Both the position numbers and the translations under genes were made by a program. This document shows, in pieces, positions 13,432 to 25,200 of a stretch of 64,000 bases of DNA. Source of the DNA: Squalus acanthias (Eukaryota); the NCBI GenBank assembly GCA_030390025.1, contig CM059432.1:37140001-37204000 (forward strand). The letters run 5' to 3'. A model generated the notes under the pieces. The model saw only the letters and a program-made list of their open reading frames with translations. It ran no database searches and was not told the DNA's origin. Position 1 is the stretch's first letter, and each line of letters begins with the position of its first letter.

Positions 13432-15130
13432 TTAAATGGCTGAGCGCACTGGATACAGCAATGGCTATGGGCCCTGACAACATCCCGGCTGTCGTGCTGA
13501 AGACTTGTGCACCGGAACTAGCTGTGCCTCTAGACAAGCTGTTCCAGTACAGCTGCAACACTGGCATCTATCCGACAATGTGGAGAACTACCCAGGTATG
13601 TCCTGTCCACAAAAAGCAGGACAAATCCAACCCAGCCAATTACTGCCCCATCAGTCTACTCTCAATCATCAGCAAAGTGATGGAAGGTGTCATCAACAGT
13701 GCTATCAAGCGGCACTTACTCAGCAATAACCTGCCCAGATTGGGTTCCGCCAGGACCACTCGGCTCCTGACCTCATTACAGCCTTGGTCCAAACATGGAC
13801 AAAAGAGCTGAATTCCAGAGGTGAGGTGAGAGTGGCTGCCCTTGACATCAAGGCAGCATTTGACTGAGTGGCATCAAGGAGCCCTAGTAAAATTTAAGTC
13901 AATGGGAATCGGGGGGGGGGGGGGGTAAACTCTCCAAAGGCTGGAGCCATACCTAGCACAAAGGAAGATGGTTGTGGTGGTTGAAGGTCAATCATTACAG
14001 CCCCAGGGAATCGCTGCAGTAGTTCCTCAGGGCAGTGTCCCAGGCCCAACCATCTTCAGCTGCTTCATCAATGACCTTCCCTCCAACATATGGTCAGAAA
14101 TGGGGATGTTCGCTGATGACTGCACATTGTTCAGTGCCATTCACAATTTCTCAGATAATGAAGCAGTCCATGCCCGCCTGCAACTAGACCTGGATGATAT
14201 TCAAGCTTGGGCTGGTAAGTGGCAGGTAACATTCGCGCCACAGAACTGCCAGGCAATGACACTCTCTAACAAGCGAGAGTCGAACCACAGCCCTTGACAT
14301 TTAACAGCATTACCGTCACCAAATCCCCCACCATCAACATCCTGGGGGTCACCATTGACCAGAAACTTAACTGGACCATCCATATAAATACTGTGGCAAC
14401 AAGAGCAGGTCATAGGCTAGGTATTCTGCGGTGAGTGTCTCACCTCCTGACTCCCCAAAGCCTTTCCACCATCTCCAAGGCACAAGTAAGGAGTGTGATG
14501 GAATACTCTCCACTTGCCTGGATGAGTGCAGCTCCAACAACATGCAGGACAAAGCAGCCTGCTTGATTGGCACCCCATCCACCACTTTAAACATTCACTC
14601 TCCCTACCACCGGCGTACCGTGGCTGCAGTGTATACCATCTACAAGATGCACTGCAGCAACTCGTCAAGGCTTCTTCGGCAGCACCTCCCAAACCCGCGA
14701 CCTCTTCCACCTAGTAGGGCAAGGGCAGCAGGCGCATGGGAACACCACCACCTCCAAGTTCCCCTCCAAGTCACACACCATCCTGACTTAGAAATATATT
14801 GCCGATCCTTCATTGCCGCTGGGTCAAAATCCTGGAACTCCCTACCAAACAGCATTGTGAGTGTACTTTCACCACACGGACTGCAGCGGTTCAAGAAGGC
14901 GACTCACTACCTCCTGCTCTAGGACAATTAGGGATGGGCAATAAATGCTGGCCTTGCCAGCGACGCTTTGGTATCAAGGGATATGGGGAGAAGGCAGGTA
15001 CAGGGTACTGAGTTTGGATGTTTAGCCATGATCTCATCGAATGGCGGAGCAGGCTCGAGGGGCCCAATGGCCTACTCCTGCTCCGATCTTCTATGTTTCT
15101 ATGCCCACATCCCATAAACGAATGAAGAAA
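13432..15130 (+). mobile_element. Second CR1-group LINE (different family), with a short CR1 tail nested at ~14968-15101
   Basis: GPDNIPAVVLKTCAPELA, PISLLSIISKVME, VPQGSVPGP, MFADD; its 3' end ...ggccttgccagcgacgc|ccacatccc is split by a ~135-bp CR1 tail. Confidence 0.85.
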
Positions 15131-16597
15131 AGATGTTACCTGATCTGTTGAGTATTTTCAGCATTTTCTGTTTTTATTACTGCTCTTCACATATTCTGTA
15201 GAATTGGTGAAATGCACATTCTCTAGAATAGATAATTTATACAGTTGAAAGAAAGAATTGCATTTAAATAGCGCCTTTCACGACTGCCAGACTTCCCAAA
15301 GTGCTTTACAGCCAATGAAGTACTTTTTGAAGTGTGGTCAATGTTGTAATGTGGAATAGGTAATATAAGCAAGGAATTGCTACAAGTTATTGATTATACA
15401 GACAAGAGAAATGATCTTAGATGTACGAATGTACTGGTCTGGAAAAGGCCATTGTGGCCGATCTGGCTGGTTCATGTCCTTCTTAGTCTGACTTAATGTG
15501 AGAGTGGAGCCCTTATTTTGTATTTGCTGTTGAGCTGTTTGCAGGACAAGTGGACTTGAGCGCTTGGAGGTGGGAGGTTGAATTGGTGTCCTACAATTGC
15601 AAGTGCGGGTTGTGTTAGTCCAGAAAAATGTCACATTTTTCATCGTTTTACAGTTTCTTAGTGCTTTGGTCATTATTTATTTTTAAAGTTTAACCTTTAA
15701 AAATCTATTTTAAGATTAGCATCTGGGGAAAACTTTTTTAAATTGGATTTTTTGGGCCTCTGGCCTAAGGTGAATCTAGCAAGTTTACTTTTCAAAAAGC
15801 AAAATACTGCAGATGCTGGAAGTCTGAAATAAAAGCAAAACAAAATGCTGGCAACACTCAGCAGGTCTGGCAGCATTTGTGGAACATAAAGAAACATAGT
15901 GTTAATGTTTCAGGTCTATGACTTTTTGTCTGAACTGGAAGATGTTGCAGGCGAGCAGTTTGTAAGCAGGTACAGAGCAGGAGACAAGGTGACCGCAAAC
16001 GAAAAAAGGACGTCTGATTGATTGGGTGACGGGCAGTAGATGATAAAGTGACAGAAGTGATGGTGAAAGGCCAAAGGAGGTGATGAGAGAAATTACAGAA
16101 ACAAAATGTGTCCAGAGGATGTACGGATTGTTACAGGAGAATAACAAGGGGAGGGAAGCTGGGGAAATCTTGCAAAGCGGGAGAAGGTTTCCGTTTACTT
16201 TACAATTGCTGCTGGCTTTTGTAGTCTGGTGACATTTGCTTACCACCGAAGCCACGTACTGGAGCAACACTAAGGGAAAATTTTGTCGTGCATGTGTGCG
16301 CTGTTTCAAATACTGCCCAAGTAGTGATTATCTTGCTAACTTGCTTCAGAGGGCAATAAGAGTCGAGCATACAGTCAACTATAGTTCTGTGTTCGCCAGA
16401 CCAGGTTGTAGGTTCCCTTCCCTGAAGGGCATTAGTGAAGCAGTTGGGTTTTTATGACGATCCAGAAACTTTTGTGGTCATTTTTTCTGGTGCCAGCTCA
16501 CATTCTATAACCTATTTAATTCAATTTCACTGTGCAATGGTGGGATTTGAGCTAGTGATTGTCCAGTCATATGCCATAACTGCTACACAACTGTACC

Positions 16598-16753
16598 CAA
16601 TGTTCCCACTAAGCTGCGCGAACATGCAGCAGTCGTGAGGTCCCGTGAAGGCTGCTCACCATCTTTTACGTGGAAGAAACCGCGCATGCATCAGAATGGG
16701 CCGCGCGGCCAGTTAAAGGGACCACGTACGAAAAAAAATTCGAGGGAGCATTG
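16598..16753. mobile_element. hAT-type MITE
   Basis: Termini CAATGTTCCC...GGGAGCATTG; degenerate 8-bp TSD ACTGTACC/TCTGTACA; related to 26357-26527. Confidence 0.6.
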
Positions 16754-16901
16754 TCTGTACATGTAATTTTTATGAACTATGCAATATTTTATTTTTAGCT
16801 TGCCAGTTGGCCTAGTGAGTGAAGTCACTCCCTGATTTGGACTAAGCCAGTTATCTTGGGCCACACAGGTGAGCACCATGGAGCCTGAGGCCTTGCATAT
16901 A

Positions 16902-17472
16902 GGGGTAGAATTTCCACGTTGGGTGCTGTCTGCAAGCTGGGCACAAATTGCCCTTGGAATTGCGCTGTTTTTCCAAAGTGAAGTGATGGTTCAAGTTTCT
17001 GACCAACTCATTTGCATAATCACAAATGTAAAATCTCTGCACCAGCACAATTAGGCAGTGTAATAGAATGTAATTTTTTTCTTGCTTTTAAAATATATTC
17101 ATTGATGTATTCAAGAGTGGTAACCTGGTGCATTTTTAATACTAGTTTCATTGGTGTACACCAGTCAATTTCGCAGTAAATTAACTTTTTTAATATTTAA
17201 AAACGTGCGTACTAATGCCTGTGCTTTAAAAAGAAAAGGCACCCCAATAAAGCTAGCTTAATTTGAACAGCCTCCAATGGGTGCAGTTGGTGGAAACTCG
17301 CCCTGCTCATTATTTTGATCGGGGGCGGGGCCAGTTTTGTGGGTGGGACTGGCTTCAGCGCGATATTTGTTAAACCAGCAATTTATGATTGACGTAATTT
17401 ATGTTTAAAATTTGGCGCTGGTTTGGCAGATTTCAGCCAGATTCCGCTGATAACTAGCAGAAACTCTCGGCC
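16902..17472. mobile_element. Possible non-autonomous PIF/Harbinger-like element
   Basis: Imperfect termini GGGGTAGAATTTCC / AGAAACTCTCGGCC flanked by ATA on both sides; no coding capacity. Confidence 0.35.
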
Positions 17473-17489
17473 ATAACGTTTAAATCCAT

Positions 17490-18230
17490 TTTTTTTTGTT
17501 CTTGGGATGTGGGTGTCGCTGGCAAGGCCAGCATTTGTTGCCTATGCCTTGAACCGCTGCAGTCAGTGTGGTGAAGGTACTCCCACAGTGCTGTTAGGAA
17601 GGGAGTTCCAGGATTTTGACCCAGCGACGATGAAGGAACGGCGATATATGTTCAAGTTAGGCTGCTGTGTAAATTGGAGGTGGTGGTATTCCCATGTGCC
17701 TGCTGCTCTTGATCATCTCGGTGGTAGAGGTTGCGGGTTTGGGAGGTGCTGTCGAAAAATCCTTGGCAAGTTGCTGTAGTGCATCTTGTAGATGGTACAC
17801 ACTGCAGCCATGGTGCGCCAGTGGTGGAGCGAATGAATGCTTACCGTGATTTCCATATAGCTGAACATGGGAATGTGAGTAGCCCCTCGAGCCTGTTCCG
17901 CCATTCAATGAGATCATGGCTGATCTGTGACCTAACTCCATATAACTGCCTTTGCTCCAAATCCCTTAATACATTTGGTTAAAAATGATCTATTAATTTC
18001 AGATTTAAAATTAACAGTTGACTTCGCATCAGTTGCCGTTGCGATAGTGTTCCAAACTTCTACCACCCTTTGTGTGTAGAAATGTTTCCTAACTTCACTC
18101 CTAAACGGTCTAATTTTTAGGCTATGCACCCTTCCCCAACCAGCAGAAATAGCCTCTCTCCTCCTCTCCCCCCTCTCTCTCTCTCTCTCTCTCTCCCCCC
18201 CCCTCCTCCTCTCTCTCTCCCCCCCTCCTC

Positions 18231-18294
<64 letters not shown>

Positions 18295-18314
18295 TCTCTC
18301 TCTCCCCCCCTCCT

Positions 18315-18365
<51 letters not shown>

Positions 18366-19160
18366 TTCTCCTCTCTCTCTTCTCTCTTCCCCCTCTTTCT
18401 CTCTCTCTCTCCCCCCTCTCCTCTCTCTCTCCCCCCTCCTCTCTCTCTCTCCCCCCTCCTCTCTCTCTCTCCCCCCCTCCTCTCTCTCTCTCCCCCCTCC
18501 TCTCTCTCTCTCCCCCCCTCCTCTCTCTCTCTCCCCCCCTCCTCTCTCTCTCTCCCCCCCTCCTCTCTCTCTCTCCCCCCCTCCTCCTCTCTCTCTCCCC
18601 CCCCTCCTCTCTCTCTCTCCCCCCCCTCCTCTCTCTCTCTCCCCCCCTCCTCTCTCTCTCTCCCCCCCTCCTCTCTCTCTCTCCCCCCCTCCCTCTCTCT
18701 CTCTCTCTCCCCCCCTCCCTCTCTCTCTCTCCCTCTCCCTCTCCTCTCTCCTCTCTCTCTCTCTCCTCTCCTCTCTCTCCTCTCCTCTCTCTCTCTCTCT
18801 CCCCCCTTCCCCCTTAAAATCTTGGATCAAATCACTATTCACCTTGTAAATTCCAGGGAATACAATCCTAGTTTGTGTCGTCTTTCCTCGTAATTTAACC
18901 CCTGGAGTCCAGATATCATTCTGGAAAATCTATGCTGCACTCTCTCCAAGGCCAATATATCCTTCCTAAGGTGTGGTGCCCAGAACTGCTCACAGTACTC
19001 CAGGTGTGGTCTAACCAGGGCTTTGTATAGCTGTAGCATGACTTCTACCCTCTTTATTCTAGTCTTCTAGATATAAACGCCAGCATTCCTTTAGCGTTTT
19101 TGATTATTTTCTGTATTTGTCCATGACATTTTAATGATCTATGTACCTGGACCCCCAGTT
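17490..19160 (-). mobile_element. LINE 3' fragments (17490-17840 same family as 13432-15130; 17870-19160 CR1)
   Basis: Minus-strand peptides AAVCTIYKMHYSNLPR, LQLYKALVRPHLEYCEQFWAPHLRKD, HFYTQRVVEVWN. Confidence 0.85.
18153..18814. repeat. ~660-bp pure C/T low-complexity tract
   Basis: Mixed (CT)n and C-runs with no purines on the + strand; the 241-aa ORFs on both strands are artefacts of it. Confidence 0.97.
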
Positions 19161-19309
19161 GCTGATACTGACACATCTTGCTCTTCTCATTTAGGATTTA
19201 TCCATCAGTGAGGTGACAGCACCAACAACAGCTCTTTCCAAATCTTAATGCGCAAATTCAAACGGAACCAACCAACATATAAGCAATATAAGTGCAAATA
19301 GAATAATAC

Positions 19310-19550
19310 CAAAGCAAAATACTGCAGATTCTGGAAATCTGAAATAAAAACACAAAATGCTGGCAATACTCAGCAGGTCAGGCAGCATCCGTGGAGAGCA
19401 AGAGAGTTAGCGTTTCAGGTCAATGACCTTTCATCAGAACTGGAAAAAGTTAGAGATGTAACAGGTTTTAAGCAAGGGTGGGGGAGGGGACGAAAGAACA
19501 AAAGGGAAGGTCTGTGATGGGGTGGAAGGCACGAAAGATTAAATGACAAT
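19310..19550 (-). mobile_element. Penelope pLTR fragment (family B) with a degenerate hammerhead
   Basis: Minus strand 19441-19405 reads AGTT CTGATGA A AGGTC att GACCT GAAAC GCT AACT, next to the recurrent cagcattttgtgtttttatttcagatttccag tail. Confidence 0.7.
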
Positions 19551-20001
19551 AGAACGAAGATGCCTTTTTTTTACACTGGGGACTAAATTATACAGATCAT
19601 AAAGTCACAGCTTTGATCTCTGATCTGTGCTGTTGGCAGAAGAGCTACAATTGGCTTCCCTACAAATGGGCTTGGCAGGGGGAACGTCAACAAGGCTTCT
19701 CGCTCCTGATTGTCCACTGACCGTTGCTGTAAGTTTGCAGTTCTGGATATTGGTGTGATGACCATCATGGTCTGAAAGCCTGCCATTCCTTACCATGTAG
19801 ATTCATGCCAGTACCTATGTGTCTTCAGCAAGAGATGATTGGAAGGGTTAAACAGCTATTCCAACATTGGTTTTCAAAAAGAGGAAGTGAAGTGTGGCAC
19901 TTGGGTGCTCTCTCTTAAGTAAGGGGAATGCAGTCAGTATTTGGAATCATAGCAATTATTGTACGAAATATTGAAATGTTTTAATTTTGTTTCTTAAGCA
20001 G

Positions 20002-20060
20002 CAGATGTTGAAGAGGAAAAAATGGAAACTCAGGAATCTGAAGGGCAAGAACCAGAAAAA
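20002..20060 (+). CDS. SMARCC1: SMARCC1 short coding exon, acidic linker
   Basis: Pyrimidine tract followed by AAG-CAG-CAG (start could be 19999, 20002 or 20005, all in frame); donor AAA|GTAAGT; phase 1 to 0. Encodes (A)DVEEEKMETQESEGQEPEK, similar to human GAEEEKMEADPDGQQPEK. Too short for the ORF track. Confidence 0.85.
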
Positions 20061-20149
20061 GTAAGTGAAATAGTTTTCTGCGCACTAATGGGGGAGTGGC
20101 AGGATGATATGCAATTCTGGTGCTGAGCCCTGTGTGCTGAAGGAAAGAG

Positions 20150-20570
20150 AAGTTTGTATAGCACCTTTTTATAGTGACAAAACATCCCAAAGTACTTGAT
20201 GCAGTGAATTATTTTTTTAAGTGCTGTGACTATTATGAATCCATTCTTACCCAAGGGAATGACATACGAGCAGCCATCAAATGCATGACCAGTTAATCTG
20301 TTTTTGGTGCTATTGTTTGAGGGATGGATGTTGGCCACGCAAGTGAGAATTCCTTGCTCCAGTGTCATGGGATCTTCAAACATCTAACGATACAGACAAA
20401 TGAGACCTTGGTCTGGAGTCTCATCTGAAGAAATGCTCCTCAGACAATGCAGCACTCCTTCAGTACTGCATGGGAGTGTCAGCCTGGATTATGCACTCAA
20501 GGCTTGATGTGGGGTTTATAACCCACAAACCTCTGACCTGACGGCAAGAGTGTTATGACCCTAGCAAATG
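20150..20570 (-). mobile_element. DeuSINE/SacSINE1-like SINE, decayed
   Basis: Homologous to 37968-38402 (ttgtatagcacc..., gcagcactccttcagtactgca, tRNA-like head at the right end). Confidence 0.6.
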
Positions 20571-20815
20571 TGACACGGAAGCTGATTGTCTCCGCCTGGA
20601 AGGTGAAGAAAAGCACATGGGGAAGCGAGGAGTCTCATTGGTAGATAGCAGTTATGCATTTCCCAGCAGCTGATGAGGGTATGGATCCGCAAATTTTTTG
20701 CAAGTGATTAATGTACTTCCAAGCTCCTGTGCTGTTGTGTGGTTGAGGTGCTGTGCAACAGCCAGCTATCTTCCATCTGGAGAGAAAATTCTGGAGATGT
20801 TTCATCACCAAGACC

Positions 20816-21590
20816 ACCTATTTTCATCTCCATATTATCCGCCCGTCTCAGCCTATCTGCAGCTAAAACCCTCGTCCATGCTTTTGTTACCTCCAGACTC
20901 GACATTTCCAATGCTTTTGTGGCCAGCCTCCCATGTTGCACCCTGCATAAATTTGATCATTTAAAACCCCACTGCTTGTATCCTAACTTGCACCAGGTCC
21001 CATTAACCCATCACTCCTGTGCTCGCTGATCTACAATGAACCCCTCAAATTTACAATCCTCATCCTTGTGTTCCAATCTCTCCCTGGTTTCGCTCCTGCC
21101 GCTCAACAACCTTCTGAGAACTTTCCTCCCACTGTCTCATCATGCATCCCCCACTTCTTTCACCCCACCATTTGTGGTCGATCCATCAGCTATCTAGGCC
21201 CTAAAATCTGTAATTCTCCCTCTAAATCTGTCCACCTCTCTTCCTTTTAAGACGCTCCTTAAAATCATTTTTTTCCCTCCAATGTCTGCTTAAAAAACAA
21301 AATTAAAACATTTCAATATTCTGCACAATAATGGCTGCCATTCCAAATACTGACTATATTCCCCTAACTTCGAGCACCCAAGAGCCACACTTCATTTCCT
21401 CTCTTAGGAAACCAATGTTGAATAGCTGCGATCTATTTAACCCTTCCAATCATTTCCTATCTCTTTGACTAAGCTTTTGGTTACCTGTCCCAGCGTCTCC
21501 TCCTTTAGCCCTGTCAATTTTTGTATGATTACGCTCCTGTGAAGCTCCTTGGGATGTTTTACTACGTTAAAGATGCTATATAAACAAAAC
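20816..21590 (+). mobile_element. L2 LINE 3' fragment, interrupted at 21266-21453
   Basis: LSLSAAKTLVHAFVTSRLD peptide; L2 tail gacgctccttaaaa|cctatctctttgactaagcttttgg...bridges the insertion and ends ...gatgctatataaa. Confidence 0.85.
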
Positions 21591-21961
21591 AAGACCTTGG
21601 CAGAGGCCTGCGAGTAAGTTGCCTGGCCTAGGTGAGAATGTCTCATTTCTTGATGAACCCTGAAATAGAATTACATACAAATAACATGGAAGCAGGCCAA
21701 TGAGCCCAGCCAGTCCATGTTGTTTATCCTCCACACAATACTCCTAATCCCTTGTGGCCACCCTGTTCCTTTATACCTTTTATCCCCTTTTCCTTCAGCC
21801 ACTTAGCTAATCTATTCTTAAATGTTGACGTGGTCTCTGCTTCATTCACTAGCTCCAGTACTGCATTCCACAGCCTCAACCATCTGGTATAAAAGAAAAT
21901 TTCTTCTATTCTCTGTCCTAAATCTGTGACTGTAACCTTGGTGCACTACCTATCCTTGTCC

Positions 21962-21962
<1 letters not shown>

Positions 21963-22036
<74 letters not shown>
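21963..22036. repeat. (CT)n microsatellite about 100 nt upstream of the 22136 acceptor
   Basis: Perfect TC dinucleotide run. Confidence 0.97.
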
Positions 22037-22037
<1 letters not shown>

Positions 22038-22135
22038 AGCCTTTTACAAGGTTGAGCAACAATCATCCTCCAATGCAGACAAGGAAACCTGACCAGGGAG
22101 TTGCGTATTCAACAGACATGTTTGCCTTTTACTAG

Positions 22136-22262
22136 GTAGAAAACAAAGAGGAGACCGAAGCAGCTTGCGAGAGTACAGAGAAGATGCAAGTCCCATCTCC
22201 CAAGGAGCTGGCATCTGAGAAACCCATGGAAGGGGAAACTGCTAACACGGATATTAAACCAG
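22136..22262 (+). CDS. SMARCC1: SMARCC1 coding exon, acidic linker
   Basis: tttgccttttactAG acceptor, CCAG|GTAGGC donor; 127 nt, phase 0 to 1. Encodes VENKEETEAACESTEKMQVPSPKELASEKPMEGETANTDIKP; phases bridge the flanking exons. Confidence 0.8.
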
Positions 22263-25200
22263 GTAGGCGCAAGAAGTGCCTTTCATGCAGTGAGTTACTT
22301 CGAAATGGATGGCGAGCAGGAGGCCAAATTGAATGTTGTCAGTTGTGCAGTGAGTGTAAAGGTTTTGTAAACAGGGAGGGAAGAGACAAAGTGCAGGGGT
22401 TTAAGGAGAAAGTTCACGAGCTGACTAAGCGATCACCTGGTATTGCTCAGTGTCGAGGACTGGAGGGTGCATGCTAGTGTGCAAGGCTGGAGGAGATGCT
22501 ACAGTCGGTGAATTGTGATCTGTCGTAGGTTGAGCTGGGAGGCTGGCAGGAAATTATGGAGAAGTTCAAAAGTGAGCTGATTAAGGCATGGAAGTGGATT
22601 GGAGCAATCTGGTAATGAACAGCTGTGGGGGGTGGAGAAGTTCGTTTGGGGTCGAGCAGTGCACCAAATTTCTGCGCATCATGATTGAGCCTGAGGTTGG
22701 TGCTGGGAGGCCACGCCAAAGGCATGCAGGTGCTGCCAGGAGCTGAAAATAGCTTTGATACTGAATATCATTCTCGTCCGGTTCCACAAAATAAAGCTTG
22801 GTCGCTTCTTCGTGTTAGGCACTTAGAAAAGAGGTTAATCTAATGTCCTTTATTCATCAGCAATGATCTCAGTATTGCTCTTTTAAAAAAAAAAAACTTC
22901 CTTAGAGTAATAAGGTAACCTTTAGTAGTTTTAAAATGGGGTAGACGTGTGCTGTCATAGCGGGTGGGGTGTTCAACCCTTAGGAATGGGGTGGGGAGGT
23001 TGGGGTCGTGTGCCACATTGTGAGTGGGCTGTTGATGAAGGCTAGATTTCAAATTTGCCTTGTGACTCGAGCATTTAAGCAAACTAATTCTGAAAATTAT
23101 AGGTTGTCTGAGTGTTGGCAGCACCATTTTGGGTCCGCAAGTTTGACAATCTCTGGCCTTAATCAACCCATCGAAGCAGCTTTTTAAAATCATGCAGGCC
23201 TGAGAAGCTCAAAAAGCTGAAGCAGGCAGTTCAAGGAACTTTACGTATACAAGGGCACAAATAGAAAACAACTGTTTGGTGCTGGCGGACTGAGTAATGG
23301 AAGCTCGTGGAGTGTCTGGTTTACTGGGTAAAAGTATTGCTGTATATATTCAGCCAAATAGACCAGAAAGGGTCCAGGTTTGATTTCTCAGCTGTGTGGA
23401 GTTGGTTGATCTCAGTCAGAACAGCAATGAGTATGCTGCAATTCCTCTCCTTGCTTCTGGGCTTTGAGATCGGGGATGGGAAAGTAGCTGGGGGGGTTCC
23501 TGATTCTGCTGTCTCTCCCTTGACTCCTGCTGTGTGCATCTGGTTATGACTGCATTGAACTTGGCCATCGTGCCCATCATGTTTCAGTAGGCTGGCACTC
23601 ACTTTAGGCTCAAGTGAGCAGTAACCATTTGGGCAAGGTACCCATGGAGCTGTCCCCCCAACAAGAGAAGAGTACGGTAGACAAGGGGTTATGGTACAGG
23701 ATTAGCAACCCAGAGCTCAGGTTGAAATTAATTTTGAATTCAAGCAATCTGGAAACTTGTGGGCTGGCACCAGAAAAAAATCTGCCACAAAAGCCCAACT
23801 GGTTGACTATTGACCTTCAGTGAGGGAAACCTGCCACTCCAACGTGCTCTGGCCCTACTTGTGACTAGCCCCATACTGCGTGGTTGACTCTTAATGTCTT
23901 CAGGGCAACGTGGGATGTGCAATAAATACTGGTTTTTCAGTGTCTGTCACATCCCAAGAATATGTTAGAGTTAACACCTTCAGGAGCAATGACAGAAAAC
24001 GGAGGGGAGATGATGAGTGCTGGAACATGCTCCCCCATTGCTTAGTTTGTTCCGACAAGCTGGAGGAACTCCAGCTGATTGGGACAGATTTTTTTTCCCC
24101 CAAGGTTCATGTGTGCAGAGAAAGATGATTGTTGCAAAGTGTTGTGACTTAACCTGACAAAATTCCAGTTTTAGTTAGCAAAGGGAAAGTGAAGAGATCT
24201 TTGTATCCTTCAACTTAAAAGTTTGCTTTCTAATTTTACAATTCATTCTGGCCAACTGGTACTTGAATCTGCAGAGAATATTGTTAGTCCACTGTGGGTT
24301 TAATCTTGGTGGTTTCCAATTATAGAATTAGAATCGACGGAAGTGAAATATATGATCGTAAACATCTTTAAGGACAGTTGATACAGTGCACTTATTGGGT
24401 GACCTCAGTTCTTCACTACTGTTTTCAAAACTGCTGGTCAGATGCAGTCTTGGCACAGATGTTCCATGTGAAGCCTTCTCCCCCTTTTAGTGATGACAGA
24501 CCAGTCAAACTGTGCAGCATTTTAAGATATTTCAGCAGTGTGTTAAATATTGCAACTTTTTTTTCACCTGTAGTTTCTCTTCTGCGGTATGAATGGGAAT
24601 GAAGCAATTGGAGAGCAGTTGCACAAAATGTCAGCTCGAGCTGCTCCTTAGCAGCAAGAAGCAACAGAAATCAAGGAAGGTTGAGGGAGACGTGTGTGCA
24701 AGTATTTCTTGGGATTCAACTTAGCTCAGAGTTCTCCATTTGTGGAATAACTGACCAGTGCTCACTCTGGTTTCCAAGTGTGGACGAGACATCAGAGCTT
24801 CGAAACACTCAGCCAGAGCTTTTTGTTCTCGCTGGGTGATGCTGGCAAGCCTGCATTTTTGCTCATTCCCAGTTGCCCTGAGCATGTGGTGCTGGGCCTT
24901 AAATATTGATTTTAGGCTACTTCAGAGGGCATTAAGGATCAACCACTTAGTTTGGGTCTGGAGTCAGATGCTGGTTTGGGTTAGCAAGTTGCTTTCCCAG
25001 AAGGATGTTAGTGAACCGGTTGGGTTTTCATGACAATCTGACCGTTAATCATTTTTCTTCTGGTGCTAGTCCACAAATTTCCAGATTTGTGGAATTCAGT
25101 TTCACAACCTGCTGAGGTGGGATTGGAATTCACAAGATCTGGATTGCTAGTCGAGTGACATAACCACTGCACTGCTACATCCCGAAGAGTCAGTGCCTTC

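Noticed and set aside
18117..18849. 241-aa ORFs on both strands (Glu/Arg/Gly-rich and Leu/Ser/Pro-rich)
   Set aside because: Translations of a C/T low-complexity tract that cannot contain stop codons.
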